Assembly (NCBI GenBank): GCA_029717555.1
Contig: JAMDHS010000091.1
Coordinates: forward strand, 1 to 64,000
Length of the DNA stretch: 64,000 bases
Direction of reading: 5' to 3'
DNA from: Peribolospora baueri
Lineage: Eukaryota
Numbering within the stretch: position 1 is the first letter of the stretch; every line of letters starts with the position of its first letter. Shown here in pieces: positions 50,708-62,730 of the stretch. The notes beneath the pieces were generated by a model. That model searched no databases. It was given only the letters and a program-made list of their open reading frames with translations, and had not been told where the DNA came from. The position numbers were made by a program, and so were the translations under genes.

Positions 50708-53700
50708 TTAAGTGAAACTCTTCCTTTTCTCACTCCTGTTCAACATTGAACAGCTTCGCCAGCTCGCCGACGGTGAGACTCTTCATCTTCTTGCCGGTCC
50801 CTTCCCCAAGAGCTCCGTCGGCGAGGCCCTGCTTACGCGCCTGCATCTCTGCGATCCTCGACTCGACCGAGTCTTGCACGAGGAAGCGCGACACAAACAC
50901 GTCTTTCGTCTGTCCTAGACGGTGCGCTCGGTCCTGCGCTTGGAGCTCCGTCTGCGGAGCTCAATATCAACGGAGATGAAGATGTTAAGACATGAGAGCC
51001 TCATTTTCATCGGAGAGGTCGTCTCGACTCACAGCTGGGTTCCAGGCAAGGTCGACTGGAACAGAATGATGGAAAAAGAAGATGAGGACGGCCCTGGGCA
51101 CGAGGACATCCGGTTTCGCACTCACGATTAATGACCCTATTGGCCTGCAAGAGACGCCAACGAAAGAAAAGGGAGAAGAATTATACAAGTCAATGGCCTG
51201 TACGAAGGGGCAAGACGCTTTCTGCCGCTCACCCTTGTCAAATTCAGACCGACCCCGCCGCACTTCAGCGAGACGAGCATGATCATCTTTGACTGTGAAG
51301 GGAGGGGTTGAGATACAGAACTGGAAGCATCTGGCATCGCTTCATCCCTCCACAAGTGACCGGTCACTCACGTTATCTCGCATGAAACTCTTCTGTGGAC
51401 GCAGGGCAATAGGAGTCAGGGGTATACAACTGAGCTGAGTGAAAGAAATTATGGCTGTATGCGCCGCAAGCGCACTCACAACTGCCTCCCTCCGCTCATG
51501 AATCTGTGGAGCATGTACAATTTGCTGTCAACGCGAGTAAAGAGCGGTAAATTACGACGTCAAACGATAAACTCACGTCCATGGAACCCTCGAACATGAT
51601 CGTGTTTCGACCCATGCCGTTCTTGTCGAAGAACTTGGACGCGATGTTGAGCATACTGCGTGAAGTGCGATGATGGTTCAGCAAGTTGCAAGCTGAGTTT
51701 GAGCGGCGACACGGCACACTCACGTAACGAACTGTGAATACACAATGAATTTGTCACCAGGATGTTCCCTGGCGCTCTCATTCACGATTTTCAGCATCTC
51801 GGTGATCTGGAAAGAAGGCACGGGCGCGGTTAGAGGGTCTTTACTGCGAGCATCGGCCGCACCGCGGCCACGCTTCGCGCTCACCTTGGCGGAGGGAAGA
51901 AGCTCCCCTAGCTTGTCTTTGATCTCCTGCTTCTTTTCCTTTTTCCCACGGAGACGGCTGAGACACAAGCTGGACTTTTTGGAACCATTATCTTCCTCAA
52001 GCTCGTCTTGACCTCCCGACGACTGCGACTGATAAGTCTTCACCTCACACTTGACCTTGCCTTTGTTGTTGGTTTCTTCCGAATTCAGCTGCACCAAGCT
52101 CTTGCTCTCTTCCTTCGCTTCGCTCTACGACATGTGAGAGACCATCGTGTGAGGCATCACACGAAAGGCAAAGGCGGACTTCACGCCCGTTCACACTCAC
52201 CTTGGGCTTGAGCAAGTCATTTGGATCCGGCAGCACATCCTCCTCCTCGCTATCCATGACTAGGTCAACCACATCGAGACTGCCTGCTTGCCCCTTTTTC
52301 CCCGTGAAAACGTCCACAGCCTCATTTTCCGACTTCGGCTGCTTGATGTTTGTAACTTTCGATCCTTGCAGTTCAGTACCCAGCGGCTCGAAAGCAGAAG
52401 CTTTGAATACGCGCTCCTCGATGAAGGGCTGCCTGCACGACGGACCTGTAGGTGGAGGATAGAGGTAAGGCAATCGCCGAGCTCACCAAACTCGTAAGCC
52501 CGGAGGCAAGCAAGGCCTTCAAATCCTGACGTACTCACAAGGTCGTTGATTCGGGTCTTTCCCATCGACTTGGCCATCTTCATCCTGAGCCTGGGCAAGC
52601 ACGTTCTTGATGCACTCGTAGCAAAACAGATGCCCACAGGCAACAATAACTTCTTCGGTAGGCGTGGGAGCATCGTAGCTGCAATGAAGCAAATTCAGTG
52701 ATCAAGTTGGAATAGCACCATCACGTAGAGGATAAGAATGCCAAACATAGCATATTCTCACCACACCGGACACTCTGCATCAGGTACTTCGCCGCCCTCT
52801 TTCTCGGATTGAATACGGTTCAACGCCCGCTCCTCCATCCTTTTGAAGAGCACCTTTGATCCTTCCTCGCCAAGTAAGCATTTCGCGCGATTCCGCTCCT
52901 TCTCGAGTTCGTCCACGCTCTTAGATGCACTGTTGAAAATGTTGTTAATGTCGTCCACGGCCTCAAAAATCTATCCGGAGAAAGAAGCGTGTGCATGCAC
53001 GAGTTCGAATATCCGACCACAGTCACTTGTTAGACGAAAAAAAGAAAGTTGCCGACATGGGCAGACGCACCAGGTGAGGATGGTCGCAAACCTGAAGAAC
53101 AAGAATGAGGTTTAACACATGAGCTCGGTAATTCAATCTTCAAACCAAAAGAAACGCGTTCTCATACCTGACGGAGCCTCAAGAGCATGAGTAAAATATT
53201 GCCTTCATGGAAAGTATAAAGAGCATCCCAAGTCAATAAAGTCGCAGTACCATACAATCACACAAAGACCCACCTGTAGTTCTTCAATACCGTACCGGCC
53301 TTCAAAAACTTGTTGAATTTTGCCTGATCCTGCTTCTCGACGACGTCGTAGATCTCCCGCTGAAGGAGGAGGGTCACAACAATAAGTGTAAACTTTGAGA
53401 TGCGCTCCCATGTGCACTATGGAACACACCTCCGGCTGCGAGAGTTCAATTTTGACAACGTCGGTATGCTTCTTCGGCAGCTGGACCAGTGGCCGTCCGT
53501 CGATCTTCGTATCATGTGTCCGCCTCATGGAAATAGTCTTAAGTATTGCTTGAGCGCGGCGAGCTGCCACATTGGGCTTCCTTTTCTCTAGTCTAACGAC
53601 GTGGTCCTTGTAAGCCTTCCAATCGGAGTACGTGCTGGCTGGGAAAAGTCTCAGCAAAGGAAAGAGATCCGCAAGTGAGTTCTGTTAAGAGCACGGGAGG

Positions 53701-56700
53701 GAAAAGCAAAATGCGCGTGAGCGGTCGTATTGAAGCCTCAAGCCGGACCAAACACTCGCCTGTACAGGAGTACCAGTAAGGGCCCATGCGTATTCGTAAT
53801 TCAGATGCCAGGCGGCGCGGGACGCCTTCGTCACGCGATTGCGAATAATCTGCACGAGGGGAAGGAAGTAGGATTATATTCTTTCGTGCTTTCTACTTTT
53901 CCGTCTGTTTGCTTGTTCACCAAGCAAGTTCCGAAAGGAGGACAAACTCACGTGAGCCTCGTCAAGGATGACACGACGCCACTTCATCTTGAACAGCGTT
54001 CCTTTCTTTTTCTGCGACGAAACAAAACCACTGTACGTGTTGTGTTTTTTGAAATAACGCTCCGCTCTCTGCAGATGACTAACGTGCATTCAGCGTCTTC
54101 CAAGCTACGTCTCCAAGTATAGTCGCATATGAACCCACGTCGTGCTCGGCTTCTTCATCCAAAAATTCCGCGGCCATCGTCTGTCACACAAACAGAGAGC
54201 GGACGGGCGGATCAGCAACTCACCCTGAAGGGGTCAAGCGACGGGAGCAACACATACCTGATAGGTGGTGAGAACGCAGTCATATTTCTTGAGCTTCTCC
54301 AACATCCTTGATCTTGCGCATGCCGTGATATATGCAGACCTGACAGGGAGAGGATCGTGAGCGCAAGCCTGAACTTCTGAAAGGTCCTCTCCTCTCACTT
54401 TGAACAGTCCGGCCTCCGTCTTCGACTCGATCTCGTCCACCCATTGATCAAGGAGCGAAAGGGGACTTCGAGACCAGCGACCATCACGTGTCAGGCCAAT
54501 GTAGTCCAAAGCGCAGCTCGGCAAGAGAGGAACTTACGCTACGATCAGATTCGTGCGAGCCTTCTTGCCTGTTGTGTCGTCTGGCATATTCGCCACCGCT
54601 GTTGGGCGGACAGGGAGACGAGGCGGACGGGGAGACGAAAGTTAGTGAGCCGAGTGTGGGCGAGCCGGGCCACCGTCGAAGTTACGCACGAAGACCGATC
54701 GTGCTGACGGTTTTTCTGAAGTACAGAGATCGGCGTATAAGACAAGTCAGCATCTGACAAAGTTCCGCCGAGAGGACAATACGCACCCGAGACCCATTGA
54801 ATCGCAGAGCATACCGCCTATAAATTTCGACTCCTTCTCCATGTGCTTCATCCAACCAACCGACTGAATTTGATGTGGCACTAGAAACGGGGAATAAGGT
54901 TAAGTATGTGCGCAGAAACTCTGACCGGAGGAAGCTTGGCGTGCTCACTGAGAGGGATAGTCATGCCCGGCAAGGCCTGGTTCTGCCTCGAAAAACCGAT
55001 GAACTCCATCGCCTTGTTGATGTCCTCGTTCCCGAGAAAGCTCTCGGCGGACTTGTCATAAAAGTCAGCCCAGTTAAACTCGGACGGGCCAGCAACGCCA
55101 AAACCGGAGTTATTCCAGCCTTGCAGATGGCCACCTCCGTTGTCAGTGCTTTCGATACTGCTTAGTGGCCACAGCTCATGAGTAAGGTCGCAGACTAAGG
55201 TAGGAGAAGGACAGGGTAAATGGTAACTCACTCGTCCTTCCAGTGATGCATGCAATCCAACGACCAAGTAGGGTTGGTATCCTTGACCTTGACCGACGAA
55301 GACGAGGCGCCGTCGCCGTAGACTTGCTGCCAAATTGACTTTGTTGCCGCCTCGAGGCGGTCATCGACCGAGCTATGCCGATCACAATGGTTGGAAGCCG
55401 CTCCACGGGCAGAGTGTCCGTCGTAAAGGTCGAGATATCTACCGGGCAGGTAGAGCTGCTCATCTCCCAAGTCATCGCCCAATTCATCGCCCGAGTCGAT
55501 AGGCGTGGCTGGCGCACGAGAAAGTCGGCTAGGACTGAGACTGCCGGGAGTGCTGGGCGTGTGAGAAGCTTCGGATGGCGAGGGATAATGCGAATTTTCT
55601 TCGGCAGCTCGGCGTGCAATTCCTCGCGCCATGCGTTCCTGATGCAGCCGCATATTGTACTCTCTCCTCACAAGTTTGAGGTTGAGCTTTTGAACAGCAG
55701 TGAATGGGCGAGAAGGGGACCAGTATTCCGAATGCAGTGCCTGGTACAGGCGGTCTAGGGCGTGCGCGTCGAGACCCAAGGCGAAATCCGTTGGTAAGGG
55801 TTGAGGATCGTCCACCCACATAATAGCAGGCTGCGCCGGCCAGTTGCCGGAGGATCGAGTTCTCTTGGCCTGCGACTGAGGGAAAAAAAGGAGTGGGAAA
55901 TGGTACACGTATGCGTGTAAAAACAGTAGATTCATGGCATTAGACCGGTCACCGATATATAGATTTACCTCTATCCCGTTGGCCTTCACGCCATCGTGCG
56001 GGGACGAGAGGGCGACTCTCCTACGAACATAATCTCCTTGTCCACCTTTAGAGGAGATGAGTTCGCCGCCTTCAACGAAGACGCGCCGGCAGAGGCAGAG
56101 GAAGACGAGAGGGCCCTCGACGTGCTAGGTGTTCCGCCCCAACCTGAAAGACGCGATGTATGCTTGCTCGTAGAGGGCCGCACAGGGGCACGCGGACGAG
56201 TGAGGTCGATGACACCGTCGCTGTCCGAATTGTACACGTCGTCAACGTCGCCCTCAACGGGATCGCTTGAACGATGATATTTGGCGGGACCAGAAGAAAG
56301 ATCCGAGCTCGCAAAACTGCGCTTGGGCTTTAGGCCAGTATCGGGCAAAATGGTCCTGTCAGCTAACGCCGCGGACTGGTCCCCCTTGATCTTAGCAAGG
56401 ATATGGCGCTCGAGATTGATGGGCTGCTCAGTGTGGGGAGTAGAATGAAGACAGAGGCGATCCAAGGCGCGAGGGCAAGTTGACGAGCGGAATCGGGCAG
56501 GTGAGGGCCGGCGGAGTATTTCTTGTCAGCCTCCTTGGGAGTCGGCGTGGCCCGACGATCAGGGGTCTGTTTGGCCTGGGAGCGTCGACGCAGCAGGAGG
56601 TGCCAAGTGTCTTGCTTTACGTGCTCCTGCAATCCACACAGATGTTAAGCAGTGAGTCTTCAGCGATCGCCACGGAATTCGATCGCAGCTCCCCATACGT

Positions 56701-57191
56701 GGCACCCGGTAGTGCGACGGAGTGAAGCGACAAAACGACTCACTTCGTAACGCTCCAGAGAGCCGTACCCAGACAGTCGCCCACCGTCAGCCCCTTACAT
56801 CACCGAGGCAACGCTGGGGCCGAGGGAGATGGTAGCATTGCAGCCATTGGCATGACATTTGACGACGCCGAAGCCAACGCCAGGCTGAAGCTGGATCTTG
56901 AAGTCGGTCTCCACCGGATGGCGGACGAGGAAGGTTTTGAGATCGTCTAGATAGTCAGGAGGCGGAAAGGGCTGTAGCAGAGTGGTTGGGAAAATAGACG
57001 AGCGCACTGGGATAAGTTGAGAACGACGTCGATGACCGAGGTCGGCCCCGTACGGGAACGTCTCGTCTCTTCTTCCATGCAAGCATACGAGGCCAGCTCA
57101 CGTTAAGTCCAGGTGCCTGTGGCTCAATCGTCCTCAAGGCCGTCCGCCTAAGACGACGATCGTCAACAACGGTTTCCGATGAGGCGCTCAT
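50708..57191 (-). CDS. SNF2-family helicase with RING finger (Rad5/Rad16/Uls1-like); the N-terminal part carries apparent lesions, so the true start is uncertain
   Basis: GGMLCDSMGLG|KTV (motif I), LSLLDQWVDEI, WRRVILDEAH (motif II), RWALTGTPVQ, RING ECPV...CGHLFCYEC...PSCRQP, FIVYSQF, SLKCGGVGLNLT and DLAWNPA...QAQDRAHRLGQ. Confidence 0.88.
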
Positions 57192-57292
57192 AGCGAAGCT
57201 CTCGTTTGGCGGAAAGGGACGCCGAAGACGGTGGCAGCAAGTGAAGGAGCGCTGTGATCCGTGACAATGCGGGACGATGTCTCAATTGACTA

Positions 57293-57309
57293 TGTCACGC
57301 GTCGTGACA
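57293..57309. promoter_or_regulatory. Palindromic element containing ACGCGT upstream of the SNF2 helicase
   Basis: TGTCACG-CGT-CGTGACA (7-bp arms) about 100 bp upstream of the ATG at 57191. Confidence 0.4.
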
Positions 57310-58065
57310 CGCGATCATCAACACGTCGGGTTTAGTTTCACAAGCAGGCTATACTACTCCCACGCTGGGACTGAGAAATAGTGACATAGCTCGATTCTAG
57401 CGTTCCGCGGAGGAGCGACAGAGGGCTCTAGCAGCGCGTGACCTCGTAGAGGGCCAGGCACCCACGCACGTAATCCCACGCGAAGGAAACTACTTGAAGA
57501 AAGCCAGAAAGGCCGAGTACATGGGAGAAAGGAGGAAGAGAAGGAGATGGATGCCGAGCAGGGAGTAGAGGGCGCGGACGTAAACATCGTGACCACGTCG
57601 AGATCGAGTGTAGTAAACCACTTCGCTCCAACCTTTGCTTGCTCGCCGACGCTACGCAAGAGAGGTCTCGTTGCTGCTTGGTGCCTTGACAGGCACACGA
57701 CAGGCATGCCATGCGGTTAGTCTATGGCCGCGGCCTCCAGCAGCCGCCCCGACGGCACGCCGACACGAAGAGTGATTGTCCCATGACTCTATTAGATAGA
57801 TTTGGTAACGAGGGAAGGAGCAACGCGGTGCAGGACGAGTACCCGATCGACTGACAATGTCAGCCGACAGGGTGGCCGAACAACCAGCGACAGCAACGAG
57901 AAGGAAAGAAGGGAAAGGAGTCCACGGCTACTTCATACAGCTCGCGAAAGGGGAATAGAGAGTTATGTTTATATGTGCAGGTATCGGCCCCATGGAACGG
58001 TTCAACCTCAGAAGTCTTCAGCGCCCAACCGCCCGACCGACTCGACGCCCCCGCCAGCGCTGTAT

Positions 58066-61000
58066 TCACGCTCCTCGCTCGGCCCGCTCCGGCGAATCAA
58101 CGGCCCCATCGGCCCAGCTCCCGGTTCCGCTCGCCTCCTCGTCGCTCCCGCTGCGTCCGTGCCCCTCTTTCGAGCCACCGCCTTCGCCTCCGGCATCCAC
58201 GTGGCCCTCTCCTTCACCCTCGCTCTCGCGTTCGGGATGGTCGCGGTACTGCTCCGTGGTGGACGTCAGCGGTTCGTCCTCATCCTCAAGGGCGAACCTC
58301 TCGTCGTACTCGTCGCCCCGACCCTCGCGAGTCATAGGTTCCTCTTCTTCGCTACCTTCGCCGAAGGCATCGTACAACTGGAGCACGGAAAGGAAATAAA
58401 ATAACGGCGCGAAGAGTCCAGTCAAGGCCCACGATAACATGACTATGTCGACGACAAACCCTTCGCACTCACCTCCTTCGTCCGCTTCTGCTTAGGAGCG
58501 CCTCGGCCACCCGACTTGCTTCCGCCTTCGAGCGCGCTCATCGCCACATCATCCTCCCCGGGCACGAATTCATAGTCACCCGCGCGTTCAGACGCCTTCC
58601 TCCTCGAGCGCCTCATCCAGAAGAACGCGCCGACTGAGCCAGCGAAGACGATGACCGCGGCAAATCCGACGAAAAGCCACGTCTGGTTTTTCTTCAGGCC
58701 CTTCAGGTAGCCCGTGTCCGCCTCGGGGTTGGGAGTCGATGAAGGCCTGTGGTTCGTAAAGTCCTCGTGATCCTCTCCTGCGGCGGTGCCGTGATCGCCA
58801 GGCAAGTGCGCCGTCGGTTTGGAGTGCTGAGTGGTTGTGGGAGTAGGATGTCCCCAGTCGTGCGTCAAGTCGGAAGAGTTGAACAGGCCGTCGTCCCACG
58901 TCGTCGCCTTCTTCTCATCGATCGACTCGCCAAATAGCGTCATCCTCCAGGCGGTGAACTTGCCCATACTCTCCGGGTTGTCTCGGTCGAGCACGACGAG
59001 CGTCCACTCCCCGACAGGGTCCTCAGCCCTGCGATAAAACAATATGGACAAAAGAGTCAACCGTCATTTCCGAGAACGCTGAAGCCACCGAAATTCGAGG
59101 ACGAGGACAACTCACCAGTGTTTGAGCGTCATAAATGTCCATCCGGGGAAGCCAGTCTTGGCAGCATCGTACCGCCTCGGTCGTGCGAGGACGCTCTTAA
59201 TCCCGTTCGGACTGTGAAGCTCGACGCCAACGTCGCCCCTGCGATTGTGCTCGATCCAGACCTGCACGGTGATATGTTCCAGCTTCTCCAAGTTGGCCTC
59301 CTTCATCATGTCCCGAGTAATCGAGAACTTGGCCTCCACACCGTGGGGGGTGATGACCTGCTGGCTGACCGGCTGGTTCATCTTTGGTGAGATGAGCCAA
59401 GACTGGTCCTTGACGAGCTTGTGCGTGCGTGCCGCCTCGACGGTAGCGTACGCGTCCAGCTTTCCGAAGCCGTACTTGTGGTTGTAGGCCAGTCCCGACG
59501 CCGTCTTCTGCCAATCCTTGTCGCCGATTGCGACGGGTTGCGCCGAGTTGATGACCACGTGCTGCAGATCTCGCCAAGTCAAGTCGGGCCTGATGCGAGC
59601 GTAGGTGATCAGCAGTTACATCGCGCGGGCGAAGGTCCAAACCGTCGGCAAGCTCACCTGACTTCGAGGACCAGAGCGAAGACGCCGGCGGCGAGAGGAG
59701 CAGCCGCAGACGTTCCGCCGTGGTGATCCGTACACCGGTCCACGCCGTTCCTGCGCACGTCGGTGGTGTGCTTAGAAACAAGGCAAACACGGCGGTGGGC
59801 GTCAAGTTCCGAGGATCCAACCATGTTCATTCGGTCGATGACTTACGATGTGGTCCCTGCTACCCGAACTCCATGCGGCGACCATGTTCGCCGAGCACAT
59901 CTCTGAATAGTACGGGTGCAAGCCCTTCCTGTCTACGGCGGCTACAGTGACGGTATAGATGCTGTTGGTGTACCCGTCAAAGTTGCACTGGTCCCCCTGA
60001 CCGCCTCCGTTGCCTCCGGCGAAGACGTAGATGCTCCCCTTGCCGTCACGACCGTTCTGGATACCGTTGAGAAAAGCCTTGCGGATGAGACCCTTGGGCG
60101 CGTCCATTGAGCGACCGTCGTCCGGAGGACCCCAGGAGCACGAGTAGATGTGATTCTTTTCCATGCGGTAATTGAGCGCCGCCGCCTCGTCTACGTCAGA
60201 GATGGGGCCCGATAGGATTCGGAGACCGGACACATGGGCGCCGTAGGCGACGCCGACGCCGCACACGTCGTTCTTGACCGCCGCGATCTCACCGGCACAG
60301 CGAGTGCCGTGCTGATCATCAGAGAGGCGAGGTGAAGGTAGCTCCACGTGGTCGTTGAAGTCGTACGAGCCGTCGAAGAACTGTCTCAGAGGGGGCCGAA
60401 AATGTCAGTAACTGCTCGGCTCGACCAAGGCGAAAAGAAGACCTGGTTCAACAAAGAAACAGAGGTATGACACCCACAAAGTTGTCCTTCAGGTCCCCAG
60501 ACTCATGGTCCACGCCATCGTCGATGAGAGCCACATTCACGCCTTTGCCAGTGACCCCTTGAGCCCACACGCCGCTGACGTTGAGCGCGTTGTCGGGAAT
60601 ATCATCGTTGACAAGATGCCACTGCTCCGGGAAGATCGGGTCAAAGATGCCGAACTTTGTGCTGACCATGGCGGAAGTTTCAACGGAGCTGCCGGGAATG
60701 GGCGGGGGCGCCCTCGGGTCAAAGGAAGGCGAGGTGGCGTTGAGGTAATAGGAAGCGAAGTCGAGGTGAGCGTCCGACCTTTCGAGATGCTCTTCGGGCA
60801 GGCCCATGGATCGCTTGGCGCGCAGGCGCAGGTGTTGTCGCTCGACGCCCACGATGGATCTCGAAAGGAGAACGGGATCGTGCTGGCCATCCGATCGACG
60901 GTGGAAAGCGTGGGGAAGGAGACGCGAGAGAAGCGAGCTAGAGGAAGAGGACTCGGATCGCCTGCGAAGCGCCTCCCACCTGCCCAAGACGGGGTCACCC

Positions 61001-61461
61001 TGCTCTCCGCGCTTCTGACGCATGTCGCGCATCTCCTCCGACTCGTACTCGTCGACCGCGCCGCGGGCGAGGACTCGACTGCTGGCCTTCTCCGAAATGG
61101 ACAGCAACTTTCGCGACCGGATCAGGTAGTGATTTTTAAGTTCGCCCGCCCTGTCGACGAGCTCAGCTCCGAGGGCGTCGGCTGCCGCTTCGGGCGACAC
61201 GCCATGACGGGGGTCGAGCTCTAGGGCGTAATAATGATGCGTATCGTACGTTCTTTTGTGAGGCTTGCTTCTGACGGCAAAGGGTGACGAGGGGAAAGAT
61301 GCGTCTTGAGCGGCAGAGTCGACGGAGTGGAAAGAAGCGTCGCTGGACCTGACCAGGGTCGTGAGGTCTGAGCTGGCAACCACGTTGGCTGGCACGGAGG
61401 CGAGGAGGCAGGCGACCAGCGCCGAGGCGACGGCAGTCCTGCTGAACTTGGAGCGAGTCAT
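58066..61461 (-). CDS. KEX2: Kexin (Kex2 subtilisin-like proprotein convertase), spliced
   Basis: Signal peptide MTRSKFSRTAVASALVACLLA; prodomain ending near RLRAKR; catalytic IDDGVD, HGTRCAGE, GNGG and HGGTSAAAP; LTWRDLQH; P-domain LEHITV...RRGDV; TM WLFVGFAAVIVFAGSVGAFFW; acidic tail. Confidence 0.96.
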
Positions 61462-62730
61462 GCTCGCAGGCGGTCGACTGAGCGACCTTGTAGAGAATGG
61501 AGAGAAGGAGGCGGGGTAAGGAAGAAATGGTAAGTACGAGAGGTGGTCGAGGTGGAAGGATGGGACCAAGAGGGAGTCAGTGGGCGGCCGCCGCCTCACC
61601 GCCATGCGCCGGCGACTGCTGCGGCAAGCGGTGTCAGGTGGCAAGCCGCGCTTCTCTCTTGGCCGGGGCTGATGAAGGGCGAGGGAGGAAGAAACGATCT
61701 CTAAAAAGCAGAACGTCATCGACGTCGACGTAGACGAAGCACGAACCCTGATGTCCTTGCGACCCCCTTCTACGTCTATCCATGGCCTCGCACGATCGAC
61801 CGGACTCGCCCCGGCGCGAACCATTCGCTCTGGTCTTGCCCACGAATGCTCCGGTCGCGGACGCTTGCGATCGAAACCTGCCCGCTTGGCGCTCGCCCAT
61901 CCCTTCGCGGCGTCGCTTGCACTTTCTCGCTCGACTTTTGATTCATATCTCTCTCCTCTCTCCTCATTCCCACCCCCGTACCCCTTCTCGACTGGCATCG
62001 GTAACGAGTCTTCCTCGCAGATATGATCTACCCTCGTGGGGTCCGAAAGCATGAAGCGGGCCGTTGGCAGTGGACCTCCGCGTCAAGGGCTCCATCGAGC
62101 GTTTCACGGTGGGCGGCTGCGACGTGTGTGTGCTAGAGCGTGTGCGGCGCATACGGCGCTGGAGAACCAGATGTGCACACCATGTCGTCCTTTGAGGCCC
62201 GGTGCGAGAGAGACGAAGGGAAATCACCGACCAGGAGGTCACTAACACCACCACATGATGCAAGCCATCGATCCTGCGCGTGGAACATCGGGCAAACTTA
62301 ACGAACGTTCCTTCTGTTCAGCCGCTCGTGCTGCGCTCGAACACGCTTTTCAAATGCGGCTAGATATCGGTACAGGCAAGATGGGGAGGTCGATATAGGA
62401 TCGAATGCGGAGATGTTGGTAGGGAGATGAATGTGTGCGAGAACTCCAAACTTTGGCCCACTCAAGTGAGAAAAAGGGGAGGGGTAGGACGGGTGATGGA
62501 CGATGAAGAGAGGGAGGGTGAGGGTGAAGGATGGACAATGAAGTAGGATGGGTGATTATAGATTGGATAAGGTCCGCTAGAAGAAAGCGAATGCGAAAGC
62601 GCGAGGGAGCTCGCAGGTCATGATAAACAATGAAGTGGGGCTCTACAGAAGACAAAAAGAAGGCTAGCTGTACAAATGTACAATGACGACGGCGCTTTCG
62701 AGAGTGGCCCGAGCCGTCCGTCGGTCACGG

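Noticed and set aside
61462..62052. Extra ~200 aa N-terminal to Kex2 in ORF 60448-62052
   Set aside because: The signal peptide starts at the ATG at 61461, so the upstream open frame is most likely 5'UTR or promoter.
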